A DNA stretch of 64,000 bases, taken from Nitrosopumilus sp. (GTDB lineage: Archaea > Thermoproteota > Nitrososphaeria > Nitrososphaerales > Nitrosopumilaceae). Below the pieces are notes generated by a model. It was not told where the DNA came from and made no database searches. It saw only the letters and a list, made by a program, of their open reading frames with translations. The position numbers and the translations under genes are program-made. Location: NCBI GenBank assembly GCA_965224195.1, contig OZ245040.1, positions 1,248,001 through 1,312,000 of the forward strand, written 5' to 3'. Shown here in pieces: positions 30,555 to 40,840 of the stretch (the stretch's first letter is position 1; every line of letters begins with the position of its first letter).

Positions 30555-30695
30555 TAGAATAGATATGATTCAGATAAAAATGAGAGAGATGATGAAACTA
30601 ATAACTGAATCATCATGTAGAATTACAGCCTGTTATTCTGATCTCTCATTTTCTCTTTTCGTTTGTTCCTTATTAATTTTCAAGAGGTCTTATAC

Positions 30696-31448
30696 ATGAA
30701 CGCAAGAACTCAAAGAGCAAAACAAATCATGGAAACACAAGGCTATTGTTCCCAATTAGGCTCCAACACTTTTTCTGTAAGATCACAGACAAATCCAGAA
30801 TTTGAAGTAAAATCAAAAATCACGTCCTCTGCAAATAATATCGTTCAAATAATTGATGATGCCGTAATTCCTGTTGGTTCATCATATGCTATATTTCCAA
30901 TAAAAACAACTGGTTCTGTTGGTAATTCTTTGATCTCTGTAAGTGCAAAAGGTGTGAATGAAACTTCTACTTTGATTACAACTGCATCCTCTCAAACTCA
31001 ATTACAAGTATTTACTGGTGGATTAGCTGATGAAATTAAAGCCAATGAACCTTTTGAATTTAAATTATTTGTAGATGATGAAGATGCTGGTTCTGTCTCT
31101 GGTGCTTTTTTGAAAATTGTAACTGCAGATGATGCAATAATAACTCCTGAAGTTGTAAGGACTGGTTCTGATGGTAGTGCAATAGTTAGTTTAACTGCAT
31201 TTGAAGGTCCTAACATTTCATTTGACATAATTGCTACAGCAGAGGGGTATGCAGAAGGTCAAGATTCCTTCACCGTAAATGTTGATGCTCCAGAAAAAAT
31301 ATTTGATTCTGTTGATTTGGAATTACCTGAATGGATAATTTACATTGTAATTGGTGGAATTTTAATGGTTGGTGTGATAGTTTTTATGTTCTTGAGAAAA
31401 TCCAAGACTAATTTAGAAGAAGAATGGAAAGAAGAGGAAGAACTTTAA
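30696..31448 (+). pseudogene. chimeric ORF: SWIM-transposase-like N-terminus fused to the C-terminus of a large Ig-like membrane-anchored protein
   Basis: MNARTQRAKQI...F.VRSQTNPE changes at ~30800 to a beta-rich acidic region with C-terminal TM and acidic tail; no signal peptide. Confidence 0.6.
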
Positions 31449-31654
31449 TTTTTTCCTACTCTATTTTTATCTCTACAAATTCCACAGAGATAATTTTTTA
31501 AAAATTCCTTAAATTCAATTTCAAATTCATGCGATTGATAATATTTTTCTCCTGTTTTTAATCCCCCTGGGACTTGTTTTCCGCAACTTGTACAATGTAT
31601 TTCTCTATCAAATCTTATCATTTTTTCATTTTTTGAAATTTCCCCAATAATCAT
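31445..31654 (-). CDS. small Zn-finger protein
   Basis: HCTSCG...YLCGICRD. Confidence 0.7.
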   Translation of the reverse strand: MIIGEISKNEKMIRFDREIHCTSCGKQVPGGLKTGEKYYQSHEFEIEFKEFLKNYLCGICRDKNRVGKN

Positions 31655-31740
31655 GAGTGTTTTTCCTTTAATTTTGATATAAGTTGTAACCTCTACTTGA
31701 AACTCATGAATATTATATTGAAAAACTAACCATATCTGTA

Positions 31741-32631
31741 ATGCTTTCAGTATGGTTTAGAGTAATTAGAGTAAGATTTCTTTTGGCATCTGTAATTGCA
31801 GTGTCCGTAGGTTTGGCATTAAATTGGTGGCAAAATTCATCAATTGATATTTTTGATGCAGGCTTAGCTTTTGCTGGTGTAATGGCACTACATGCTAGTG
31901 TTGATTTACTAAATGATTTTTGGGATTTTAAACGTGGAATTGATACTGAAACAACTAGAACTAAAATGAGTGGTGGAACTGGCGTGTTGCCAGAAGGATT
32001 ACTACAACCATCTTCTGTTTATCGTGCAGGAATTGCATTTTTAATTATCGGTACTATTATTGGTGGATACTTTGTATTTACAGATGGAATTACTATTGCA
32101 ATAATCTTGGGATTTGCAATTTTATCTATCTATTTTTATTCTACTAAAATTGTTGACTCTGGATTGGGTGAATTCTTTGTTGCAGTAAAAGGCTCTATGA
32201 TTGTAATTGGTACATTTTTTATTCAATCTGGAGAAATTTCACTTGAATCAATGTTTGCAGGAATTGTTGTGGGATCTTTATCCTCTCTAGTATTATTTAT
32301 TGCATCTTTTCCTGATCATGATGCAGATAAATCAAAGGGAAGAAAAACTTTGGTAATCACAGTTGGTAAAAAAAGAGGTGCACAGTTATTTTGGATTTTT
32401 CCTCTTGTTTCATATTTGGCCATAATTATCGGTGTTTCTGCAAACTTGTTTCCTGTATATTCTTTGATTGGTTTTCTTAGTATCCCATTAATGATAAAAT
32501 CAGGTATTGGTTTACAAAAAAATTACAATTCTATAGAAAACCTTGTACCATACATGTCATCTACATTGATGTTTGGTAGAATCACTGGAGTGTTGTTTAT
32601 AGTTGGATTTTTAATTGATAGTATCACTTGA
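31741..32631 (+). CDS. UbiA-family prenyltransferase (MenA-like)
   Basis: NDFWDFKRGID, D.DADKSKGRKTL; multiple TM. Confidence 0.85.
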   Translation: MLSVWFRVIRVRFLLASVIAVSVGLALNWWQNSSIDIFDAGLAFAGVMALHASVDLLNDFWDFKRGIDTETTRTKMSGGTGVLPEGLLQPSSVYRAGIAFLIIGTIIGGYFVFTDGITIAIILGFAILSIYFYSTKIVDSGLGEFFVAVKGSMIVIGTFFIQSGEISLESMFAGIVVGSLSSLVLFIASFPDHDADKSKGRKTLVITVGKKRGAQLFWIFPLVSYLAIIIGVSANLFPVYSLIGFLSIPLMIKSGIGLQKNYNSIENLVPYMSSTLMFGRITGVLFIVGFLIDSIT

Positions 32632-32661
32632 CATAAATTTAGCAATTTATAGAATGATCTC

Positions 32662-33762
32662 ATGATTCCTGGTTTTGCTAGTCCTGATGGAACACAAAAA
32701 TTTGCTAAAAATTCAGGCGTAAATGAAGGTAATTTTAAAAAATTTGAAAATTTACATCTATCCAATATTGGTATTGGAACCTATCTTGGAGATCCTGATA
32801 CTCAAACAGATCAACTAGTAACAAATGCAGTAAAGAAATCAATTTTGTTGGGAATTAATGTAGTTGATACTGCAATTAACTATAGATCTCAAAAGGCAGA
32901 ACGCTCAGTTGGTAAAGCTATTTCTGAATTAATTGATGATGGTAAAATTACTCGTGATGAAATTTTCATCAGTTCAAAAAATGGATATGTTACTAACGAT
33001 GCTGATGTTCAGTTGGGTTTTTGGGAGTATGTCAAAGAAGAATATTCTCAAAAAGGTGTAATCCAAGAAGGTGATGTGACATCGGGATATCATTGTATGA
33101 CTGTTCAATATCTTTCTGATCAATTGGAAAGAAGTTTGAAAAATCTAAACATTAAGTGTCTTGATTTGATGTATCTTCATAATGCAGTTGAGGGTCAAAT
33201 AAAAGATGTATTCAAAGAAAAATTTTTAGAAAATTTAAAATCTGTTTTTGAATTATATGAACAAAAACGAAAAGAAGGCAAAATTAAATTTTATGGTATG
33301 GCAACATGGGAATGTTTTAGAGTTCCATCCGATAACCCACAATATCTTTCACTAGAGGATACGGTAAATTTAGCAAAACAAGTTGGAGGTGAAAATCATG
33401 GATTTCGATTTGTTCAATTACCTTACAACATGAATTATGATCAAGCTTTACTTGCAAAAAATCAAACACTTGGAAATGAACATGTGTCTATTTTAGAATC
33501 TGCAGTTAGATTGGGAATTGGTGTGTTTACTAGTGTACCATTCATGCAGGGACGTTTACTAACTCCTGGTACGATGCCTGAATTTAATGAATTAAAACCA
33601 TCTTTACGCGCTTTACAATTTATTCGTTCAACTCCCGGTGTTTTAGCACCATTGGTAGGACAGAAATCCGAAGCACACGTTTTGGAAAATCTTGAAATTA
33701 TGAAAATTCCATCATTGTCTAACGAGGAATTTCTTGCATTAGTAAAGAAATTAACATCCTAA
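32662..33762 (+). CDS. aldo/keto reductase
   Basis: IGIGT, DTAINY, SK.G, LDLMYLHN. Confidence 0.9.
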   Translation: MIPGFASPDGTQKFAKNSGVNEGNFKKFENLHLSNIGIGTYLGDPDTQTDQLVTNAVKKSILLGINVVDTAINYRSQKAERSVGKAISELIDDGKITRDEIFISSKNGYVTNDADVQLGFWEYVKEEYSQKGVIQEGDVTSGYHCMTVQYLSDQLERSLKNLNIKCLDLMYLHNAVEGQIKDVFKEKFLENLKSVFELYEQKRKEGKIKFYGMATWECFRVPSDNPQYLSLEDTVNLAKQVGGENHGFRFVQLPYNMNYDQALLAKNQTLGNEHVSILESAVRLGIGVFTSVPFMQGRLLTPGTMPEFNELKPSLRALQFIRSTPGVLAPLVGQKSEAHVLENLEIMKIPSLSNEEFLALVKKLTS

Positions 33763-33797
33763 ATCATCAGCCTCAAAATTCTGTATAAAGATAATAA

Positions 33798-34190
33798 ATG
33801 AGTGTAATTGAGGGTCATAGTAATTTGTCTGCAAAAATATATGATTATACAAAAATCTGTAATTCCATATTCACAATTGACCCTAAAATTAGATTTGCTG
33901 GGGTGATAAATGAACGAGGTCGATTAGTAGCTGGTGGTATGAAGGAGAATGTTGAACCCTTAGAAAGCGAAAAAGATGATGAAATGATTTTCATGGAATT
34001 GGCATTGCGCGTAAAGATGAGAAAAGAATTTGATAAACAACTAGGACTTGTAAATTTTGCAATGGCATCTCGTGAACGTGCACTTGCAATTAGTGTAATA
34101 ATCAATGATGACATTTTGTATGTAGTATCTGAACCTGATACTGATTATGGCACACTACCAAAGAAAATCATTGAAATAATTCATTCCTAA
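33798..34190 (+). CDS. roadblock/longin-like protein (DUF6659-like)
   Basis: IRFAGVIN.RGRLVAGG...MRKEFD..LG. Confidence 0.75.
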   Translation: MSVIEGHSNLSAKIYDYTKICNSIFTIDPKIRFAGVINERGRLVAGGMKENVEPLESEKDDEMIFMELALRVKMRKEFDKQLGLVNFAMASRERALAISVIINDDILYVVSEPDTDYGTLPKKIIEIIHS

Positions 34191-34258
34191 TTTGATCGGG
34201 TTTCCAATTTTGGGACTTTATGATCTTCTTAATTAACAATAAAATTTGATTATTTTAC

Positions 34259-34453
34259 ATGTTTGCCAATGAAAAGTTAGATTTTGATTATTTAGCAATA
34301 TCTGAATTGACTAAAGAAATTGGATTGATTGTAGAGGATTCTTTTGATGAGGGGCGAACTGATTTGTCTTCTTCTGACATTGAACATATTTTAAAAATCA
34401 CTTCTGATGTGACTCATAAAATTAAATCACAATCACGGGAAATTATCATATGA
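34259..34453 (+). CDS. hypothetical protein
   Basis: 64-aa ORF; ATGA overlap with the next gene. Confidence 0.6.
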   Translation: MFANEKLDFDYLAISELTKEIGLIVEDSFDEGRTDLSSSDIEHILKITSDVTHKIKSQSREIII

Positions 34454-34704
34454 ATTTCTGTAATGACCGACATGAACCTATTTACAAAATAAAGTACAAA
34501 CCTCTTACTTTTGGTGGAAATATTAGTGAATGGTTAGTTTGTGAGAAGTGTTTTGGAAGACAGGAATTTTTTGGTGCTGCTGAAGAAATTGAATCTATAG
34601 TTTCATTAAGGGATTGCATTGAAATTGGATTGAAAATTGAACATCTCTCTATCATGACTGGAACTGTTACAAAAAAACTCAAAAACCCTCTTCTAGTCAA
34701 TTAA
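34450..34704 (+). CDS. hypothetical Zn-binding protein
   Basis: C..H...VCEKC. Confidence 0.55.
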   Translation: MNFCNDRHEPIYKIKYKPLTFGGNISEWLVCEKCFGRQEFFGAAEEIESIVSLRDCIEIGLKIEHLSIMTGTVTKKLKNPLLVN

Positions 34705-34757
34705 GATTGAATCCATTATAGATGAAACTATAAATTGAATTTAAGAGTGGAAAATCT

Positions 34758-34904
34758 GTGCCAGTAGATCCTGTTTGTGGAATAGAACTTGATGAGGAAT
34801 TAGCTTTAATTCATGATCATGATGGAAAAAAAGTTTATTTTTGTTGTTCAGGATGTAGGCGAATTTTCCTCAAAAAACCTCGAAAATATAAAAATAATAT
34901 TTAG
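34758..34904 (+). CDS. YHS/TRASH domain protein (48 aa)
   Basis: DPVCG....GKKVYFCCSGC...F...P.KY. Confidence 0.8.
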   Translation: MPVDPVCGIELDEELALIHDHDGKKVYFCCSGCRRIFLKKPRKYKNNI

Positions 34905-35851
34905 ATTGGAAATGCTCCACACATTCTACAAAATTTAGACTTTCCAACATGATGTTTGCAGTATGGGCACGTTTCATTTGATTTAGAATCTACGGGGATG
35001 CCGTACAGTTTTTTAAAAATTTCATAATAGTACATTGATTCCCTACTTCTAATTATAACATCATCTGTTTTCTCTACTGTGAGTTTTTTCTCCACGAATT
35101 GCTCTTCACCTACTATTGAATCAAATAGATTAGTTAATCCTGCTGTTCCAGAGCCATCTTGCATTGGTGATTTCTCTCTCCATGCAATTTGTCGTGGAAT
35201 ATTTTTTTCAAAAGTTTTCCGTAAAATCCATTTACCGTGTCTCTTACCATCTTCTTCTTTGATTTTGAGATTAACTGGAATTTTTTCAGCCAGTTGGATT
35301 ACTTTATCATTTAGAAATGGGGATTCTATGCTTATTCCTAATGCTTTACCTATCGCCTGTGTTGGAAAGTGCATCACTGAGCATACTCTTTTGATTTCTC
35401 TTTCTAACTCCTCTTCAGATTTATTTATGAAAAAACTGTATCCTGCAAATAATTCATCTGCTCCGTCGCCTGTAATTATTGATTTTTCTCCATTGTTTTT
35501 TGCCCATTTGATTGCTAAATACATTACAACGTTATTGCGAATTTCAATATCGTTAAAATTCTTTAAAATTCTAATTGTTTCTTCTATTGCTTCTAGAATT
35601 TGTTCTGTTTTAACATTGTAAATTGTTAATGGTAATTCCATTTTTTTTGAAATCATTTGACAATATGTCAGATCAGTTGAAACAAAATCTTCAGCAATTA
35701 TTGCTACACCTTTAGGTTTTTTATGTTTTAAAAAATATGTAATTATGGAACTATCTAATCCCCCTGATAGTGATATCAAGTTTGATTTGCATTTGTTACA
35801 TGACTCTTCTAAAACACTGTAAAGATTATTTGAAAACTCTTCCAATACCAT
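34901..35851 (-). CDS. asparagine synthase C-terminal domain protein
   Basis: LSGGLDSS, TGDGADELFAGY, KWILRK; no glutaminase domain. Confidence 0.85.
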   Translation of the reverse strand: MVLEEFSNNLYSVLEESCNKCKSNLISLSGGLDSSIITYFLKHKKPKGVAIIAEDFVSTDLTYCQMISKKMELPLTIYNVKTEQILEAIEETIRILKNFNDIEIRNNVVMYLAIKWAKNNGEKSIITGDGADELFAGYSFFINKSEEELEREIKRVCSVMHFPTQAIGKALGISIESPFLNDKVIQLAEKIPVNLKIKEEDGKRHGKWILRKTFEKNIPRQIAWREKSPMQDGSGTAGLTNLFDSIVGEEQFVEKKLTVEKTDDVIIRSRESMYYYEIFKKLYGIPVDSKSNETCPYCKHHVGKSKFCRMCGAFPI

Positions 35852-35954
35852 CGATGTTATTTTGAAATTAAAATAGATATGCCTAATGAGGCTGGACGGA
35901 TAAATTCATTTTTTATTGCAAACTTTAAATCCTTAATCCAATTCTTGATGGGTA

Positions 35955-36371
35955 TTGCTACTTCCTGCTGAAATAGAATCTAAAACTCTAATCCCTGCAT
36001 TACGTGCTATTCTTGCTAAAAAACTTGCAAAAGATCATAACATTAGAGAGGATGAAATTTCTAAAATGTTGGGTGTGACTCAAGCTGCAATTAGTAATTA
36101 CATTAGAGGTACACGTGGTGATCCTTCTTTGATTGCAAAACTTTTGGCAGAAAAACAAGTTTCAATAATGATTGATGAGTTAACTGATAGTCTTTCTTCA
36201 GACATGGCATACACTCCATCTAGTCTTTCAAAATTTATTGGACTTTGCAATTTTATTAAATCAAGTTTGTTAATCTGTGAGATACATCACAATTTAGAAT
36301 CAGACATTGATGAGCAAGTTTGCAAAGAATGTGAAAATATGCTTCTTAAAGGTCCTGGAAGCGTTTACTAG
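35955..36371 (+). CDS. HTH transcriptional regulator
   Basis: ISKMLGVTQAAISNYIRGTRG; C..H..C..C tail. Confidence 0.85.
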   Translation: MLLPAEIESKTLIPALRAILAKKLAKDHNIREDEISKMLGVTQAAISNYIRGTRGDPSLIAKLLAEKQVSIMIDELTDSLSSDMAYTPSSLSKFIGLCNFIKSSLLICEIHHNLESDIDEQVCKECENMLLKGPGSVY

Positions 36372-36682
36372 TTTTTAATTAAAATAATTTCAATTGTTGA
36401 TGTCATATCTCCAATCCCTGCAGCAGATACTGTGTCTAGATTGATTTTTTGAACTTTGGAGTTGCCTTTGAGCATTTTTTCTGTTATGATGTTTGCTACT
36501 GCAACTGCATTTGGTATTGAATTACCTCTTGATTGTAAAACTACTTTCTTTTTATTTCCTGATATTGATAATACTTCGATAGCTGATTCCATAACTGGAT
36601 AATTTCCTATTTTTATTGTGGCTTGTTCAGACTCTTTGGTCTGCTCTTGACCAATTGGTTCAGATGTCTCTTCCATGAGCAT
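36368..36682 (-). CDS. Alba-like nucleic-acid-binding protein
   Basis: RGNSIPNAVAVA...TSTIEI.L. Confidence 0.75.
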   Translation of the reverse strand: MLMEETSEPIGQEQTKESEQATIKIGNYPVMESAIEVLSISGNKKKVVLQSRGNSIPNAVAVANIITEKMLKGNSKVQKINLDTVSAAGIGDMTSTIEIILIKN

Positions 36683-36806
36683 TATTAAATATTTAGAAAT
36701 TTTATGTTCTTTTAAGTTTTGTCGACGATAGGTTCATGTTTAATTATCTCTATATGCAATTTTGTCAACTAACAGGAACTATTTTTAAAATTTTATTTGT
36801 TATTGA

Positions 36807-37298
36807 TTATTTCTCAAAGTAATCAATCGGCATATTCTGATAATCTCCGTTAGGAAGTACACGTCTGATTGTAATTGGTATTACTCTTTGTTCTAACTCT
36901 TCCATTGAAATATCTAGTGAAATTCTAGCAGATTTTGGAATTGGGATAAATGGTGGTGCACCTAATGATAATTGCAATGCTCTTGCTCCCATAATTCTTG
37001 CTTTTTCAAATCTTGTTAATGTTGGTGGCCCAATTGTAACTTTATTTTTCTCACAAGGAATTTCCACTGGATCATGCTCTTCAATTCTTTCAACAACTTC
37101 CCTGTTTTCAATTTCTTTGATTCTTTTTTCAAGACTATCTTGTTCTTTTTCAGTTAATGGTTCAACAAGATCTTTTCTGTCTATTAATTTTCTATAGGTA
37201 TCTAATGCTTTGTTTAATCCTGCATTTTCCTCAACCTCTGCATCTAGTTCTTCAGGTTGTGGAGCTTCGATTAATTCAGTTTCATTAGGTTTAGACAA
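36807..37298 (-). CDS. rpoK: RNA polymerase subunit K (Rpo6) with N-terminal extension
   Basis: LTRFEKARIMGARALQLSLGAP...PITIRR.LP; probable TTG start at 37298. Confidence 0.9.
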   Translation of the reverse strand: MSKPNETELIEAPQPEELDAEVEENAGLNKALDTYRKLIDRKDLVEPLTEKEQDSLEKRIKEIENREVVERIEEHDPVEIPCEKNKVTIGPPTLTRFEKARIMGARALQLSLGAPPFIPIPKSARISLDISMEELEQRVIPITIRRVLPNGDYQNMPIDYFEK

Positions 37299-37350
37299 GT
37301 AAGAAAATTTCCTTAAAACGTTATATAATCTAATCATTTTAAAGTACAAA

Positions 37351-37737
37351 TTGAGTACATCGTCAGTCTCCAGAAAACAACTAATTTTAGAAATTCGTGG
37401 AAAAGTAAAAGTTTCATGTGATCTAAAACGACATTTGTCCCCGAGAACTGTTGGAACCATAATGAGATCTTTGCCGTTAGAAGGTCATGCACATTTACTT
37501 GGAAAAAGCATTTTGTATTTTGAATCTACTGTTGATTCTGGAATTGAAAGATCTAGAACTGAATTCAAGAAAGGGGATGTTGCATTTTTGCCTTCAACTG
37601 GAAGTGTGTGTTTTTTTCTAAATGATGCTGCATTTACAAAAACTATGACTCCTATAGGAAAACTCGGTGAAAATATTGATGCATTAAAGGATGTTAAATC
37701 TGGTGATGTGTTATGTATCTATGAAGAAACTGCTTGA
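37351..37737 (+). CDS. cyclophilin-like fold protein
   Basis: SPRTV...LP...KGDVAF.P....CFF. Confidence 0.75.
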   Translation: MSTSSVSRKQLILEIRGKVKVSCDLKRHLSPRTVGTIMRSLPLEGHAHLLGKSILYFESTVDSGIERSRTEFKKGDVAFLPSTGSVCFFLNDAAFTKTMTPIGKLGENIDALKDVKSGDVLCIYEETA

Positions 37738-38027
37738 TACAAATAATGGCCTGAATAACCGCCAACTTTTTTTACAATTCCTTGACTTGTAGATTCTTTT
37801 AAGAATGAATTTGCTGCTGAAATTTTAACACCTGTTTGTCTTGCAAGATCTTGAACTGTAAGAACTTTGGAATTTTGAATAATTTTTAATGCTTGTTGCT
37901 CATTTACCATAACTGTAATCTCTGCTTTCTTTGGTCCTCCTTCTCCTTTGTCTTTCTTTTTCTTTGTGTCTTTAGAACCTGCAGACTTGTCTTTGTTTCC
38001 TGCTGTTGGTTTTTTTGCTCCACCCAT
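37719..38027 (-). CDS. rps25e: 30S ribosomal protein S25e
   Basis: MGGAKK, Lys-rich N-terminus, winged-helix T..DLA..GVKIS.A. Confidence 0.8.
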   Translation of the reverse strand: MGGAKKPTAGNKDKSAGSKDTKKKKDKGEGGPKKAEITVMVNEQQALKIIQNSKVLTVQDLARQTGVKISAANSFLKESTSQGIVKKVGGYSGHYLYQAVSS

Positions 38028-38119
38028 GATTTTAGAAAAAAATATTCCTCTTATAAACGATGAACCAATTTTGGAATTACTAGTTTAATGATTAAATATC
38101 ATCTTGATTACTATTCTAT

Positions 38120-38332
38120 ATGGGAGTAATATCAAAAGGAGCAAAATGCAATTTTGAGAGCTGTGATCAAGACGGCGCTCGTTCTCTTAACACTAGCAAA
38201 GTAGAAAATGCTGGGTTGCGTGTAAACTCATCTGGCAAAAAAACAGTTCTTTGTAAAGAACACTACAAAGAATACAAGAAAGAATCTAAAGCTGATCGTG
38301 ATCTTGAACGTGCTCGATTTGACAAGTTTTAG
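38120..38332 (+). CDS. small Zn-binding hypothetical protein
   Basis: C....C...LCKEHYKEYKK. Confidence 0.7.
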   Translation: MGVISKGAKCNFESCDQDGARSLNTSKVENAGLRVNSSGKKTVLCKEHYKEYKKESKADRDLERARFDKF

Positions 38333-39420
38333 TTTTTCTTAGATTTTTTTATTTTATTGGCAGGATTTTTAAAATAATCATCACTTAGATTTTTGTATAG
38401 TTTGTCAAGTTTTTTGTAAAGTCTTTTTGGTTTTCTACTCTTCTGATTGCTCAGAACATACAATGCAAGAATAGGAAATGCTATGGTGGCATCTGCATAA
38501 ACTGTGACCATTCCATTATGTGCATCTTGGACTTTGCCCCAACTTTTACCTTCTTGGAGTGTTGCACCTGACAAACCTCCCGTATCTGGACGTGCATCAG
38601 TTATTTGAATAATGTAATCTTGTCCTCCATTTGCTCTTTTTAGAATTTGATCTAAAAGCGGTCCTGTTTGTTGAGCCGTATTCTTTGGTACTCCGCCACC
38701 TAATTCTAAAATTCCTGATTTTTTCGAATCATACACGATAGCAGCTTGTTCTATGATCTCCCTTACAAAATCCAAATTGTATGTTTTGCCTGCTAATCTA
38801 TGTACTGCTAAATTCAAAGCTAGAGAAGAATCTTTTATTGTTGAAACGTATATGGGAACATCATAATCGTATGCTGATGTAACGAAACTCTTTTCAGGAT
38901 GTTTTGCTTTTTCTTTGCTTAATCTTCCCATTAAATTACAAAATTCTGCAGTTGTAAATGGCATATCTGGAAAATCATCTCCGAACATTTTCTGAATTAA
39001 CTGGTCTTGAGCTTCTAATGTTTCATTAAATTTAATATATACATCCCTGATTCTGACAATTTCATTTTCAAACAACTTCATGTCGTTCACATCAAAACTC
39101 CCTTGTTTTACTGGAAGTCCCCATGCAAAATGATCCTCGTGATATACATTGGCCCCTGTTGTGACAATCCAATCTACGAAGCCTCTTTCAATTAGTGTTT
39201 TGATTATTCCACCAAATCCTACTGGTGTCATTGCACCTGAAACTGTCAGACAAATTGTTGCATCTTCTTCAATCATTTTTGCATAAAGTTTTGCTGCATC
39301 CCCTAACTGTCGTCCATTAAATCCTGAGCTTGCAAACACATTGACTAAGTCCTCAATGGTCATTTTAGGATCTAATTTGATATGTGGAATATCTTTACCA
39401 TGAAATTCATGTGGATCCAT
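38329..39420 (-). CDS. dys: deoxyhypusine synthase family protein
   Basis: SGAMTP, TGAN, GGGVPKN, TGGLSGAT..EGKSWGK. Confidence 0.88.
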   Translation of the reverse strand: MDPHEFHGKDIPHIKLDPKMTIEDLVNVFASSGFNGRQLGDAAKLYAKMIEEDATICLTVSGAMTPVGFGGIIKTLIERGFVDWIVTTGANVYHEDHFAWGLPVKQGSFDVNDMKLFENEIVRIRDVYIKFNETLEAQDQLIQKMFGDDFPDMPFTTAEFCNLMGRLSKEKAKHPEKSFVTSAYDYDVPIYVSTIKDSSLALNLAVHRLAGKTYNLDFVREIIEQAAIVYDSKKSGILELGGGVPKNTAQQTGPLLDQILKRANGGQDYIIQITDARPDTGGLSGATLQEGKSWGKVQDAHNGMVTVYADATIAFPILALYVLSNQKSRKPKRLYKKLDKLYKNLSDDYFKNPANKIKKSKKN

Positions 39421-39495
39421 GTTTGGAAACTAATTTTTTGGTAAATAATACTATCGAATCCTTTTTGATGGATGCTGAAAATCAAAGTGCACTAA

Positions 39496-40767
39496 ATGAC
39501 GTTTAAAAATTATGTTTTCAAAAATTTATGGCTACAAGTTGTACTTTCTTTAATCATAGGACTAGCTGTGGGATTAATTTTAGGAGGTGATATGGGTGCT
39601 GGACTAGAAGGTGATGATCTTGATTTTGTTACATCATATCTTTCAATTCCTGCTGGTATATTTTTGAGTATAATTTACATGATTATAGTTCCGTTAATTT
39701 TCTCCTCAATTGTTGTATCTGTTACTTCTTTAGGAGCAACAAATAAGCTAAAAACTCTCGGATTAGGTGTTGGCGCTTATTTTGTAATTACCACTACAAT
39801 TGCAATACTTGTAGCGATATTATTGGTGTCAATAGTGTCTCCAGGTAATTTACTTGATATTTCGTTACTCAAAGAATCATACGATCTTACAGATGATGAT
39901 GTAGAAATAAAAGATAGTTTTGCATTAGATGATATTCCAAGTGCAATCTCAAATATTATTCCAAGAAATCCTATAACTTCATACCTTGAAGGACAAATGC
40001 TAAGCATTTTGGTATTTGCCCTGATTGTCGGGTTGGCAATGGCATCTCTTCCAAAAGAATCAATCAAACCTGTTTTAGACTTGCTAGAATCAATTCAAAA
40101 AATAACAATACACATTCTAATGTTTTCAATGAAAATAGTGCCATTTGCAGTGTTTGGTTTGATTGTTGGAATGGTGGCAAAAGTTGGTATAGAATCAATG
40201 GTTGGAATGGGGGCATACATGGGAACTGTTGTACTTGGTCTTGGAGTAATGCTGCTGGTGTATATGTTAATCTTGAAGTTTGTAGCAAAGAGGCCCATAT
40301 TATCTACATTTTCAAAATTCCGTAATCCGCAAACTGTGTCTTTTTCAACAGCTAGTTCAATGGCAACAATGCCCGTTACATTGAAGACTGCAGAAGAGAG
40401 TCTAAAGATAGATCCAAAAGTATCAAAATTTGTAATTCCGTTTGGAACTACTGTGAATATGGATGGTACTGCTTTGTATCAAGTAATAGCTGTTTTCTTT
40501 TTGGCACAGCTCTTTTCAATTGAATTAAGTCTGTTGTCTATGCTTCTAATAATCGTCACCTCTCTTTTGGCTTCTATTGGAACTCCTGCTGTACCTGGAG
40601 CTGGCGTAATTGTCTTATCTACGATACTAGTAACCGTTGGTATTCCTCCAGTTGGGATCTTACTATTAATTTCTGTAGATAGAATTTTGGACATGATTAG
40701 AACTATGGTCAATGTCACAGGAGATCTTACAGCTAGCTGTGTCTTTGATAAAATAACGCGAGATTAG
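39496..40767 (+). CDS. dicarboxylate/amino acid:cation symporter (DAACS, GltP/GltPh-like)
   Basis: STASSMATMP, GTTVNMDGTALY, DRILDMIRTMVNVTGD. Confidence 0.92.
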   Translation: MTFKNYVFKNLWLQVVLSLIIGLAVGLILGGDMGAGLEGDDLDFVTSYLSIPAGIFLSIIYMIIVPLIFSSIVVSVTSLGATNKLKTLGLGVGAYFVITTTIAILVAILLVSIVSPGNLLDISLLKESYDLTDDDVEIKDSFALDDIPSAISNIIPRNPITSYLEGQMLSILVFALIVGLAMASLPKESIKPVLDLLESIQKITIHILMFSMKIVPFAVFGLIVGMVAKVGIESMVGMGAYMGTVVLGLGVMLLVYMLILKFVAKRPILSTFSKFRNPQTVSFSTASSMATMPVTLKTAEESLKIDPKVSKFVIPFGTTVNMDGTALYQVIAVFFLAQLFSIELSLLSMLLIIVTSLLASIGTPAVPGAGVIVLSTILVTVGIPPVGILLLISVDRILDMIRTMVNVTGDLTASCVFDKITRD

Positions 40768-40840
40768 ATGTAGAATTATTTTTGATAGTAACCCGTATTG
40801 ATATTATTACTTATTTAGGAATAATTCCAAATAATACAGA

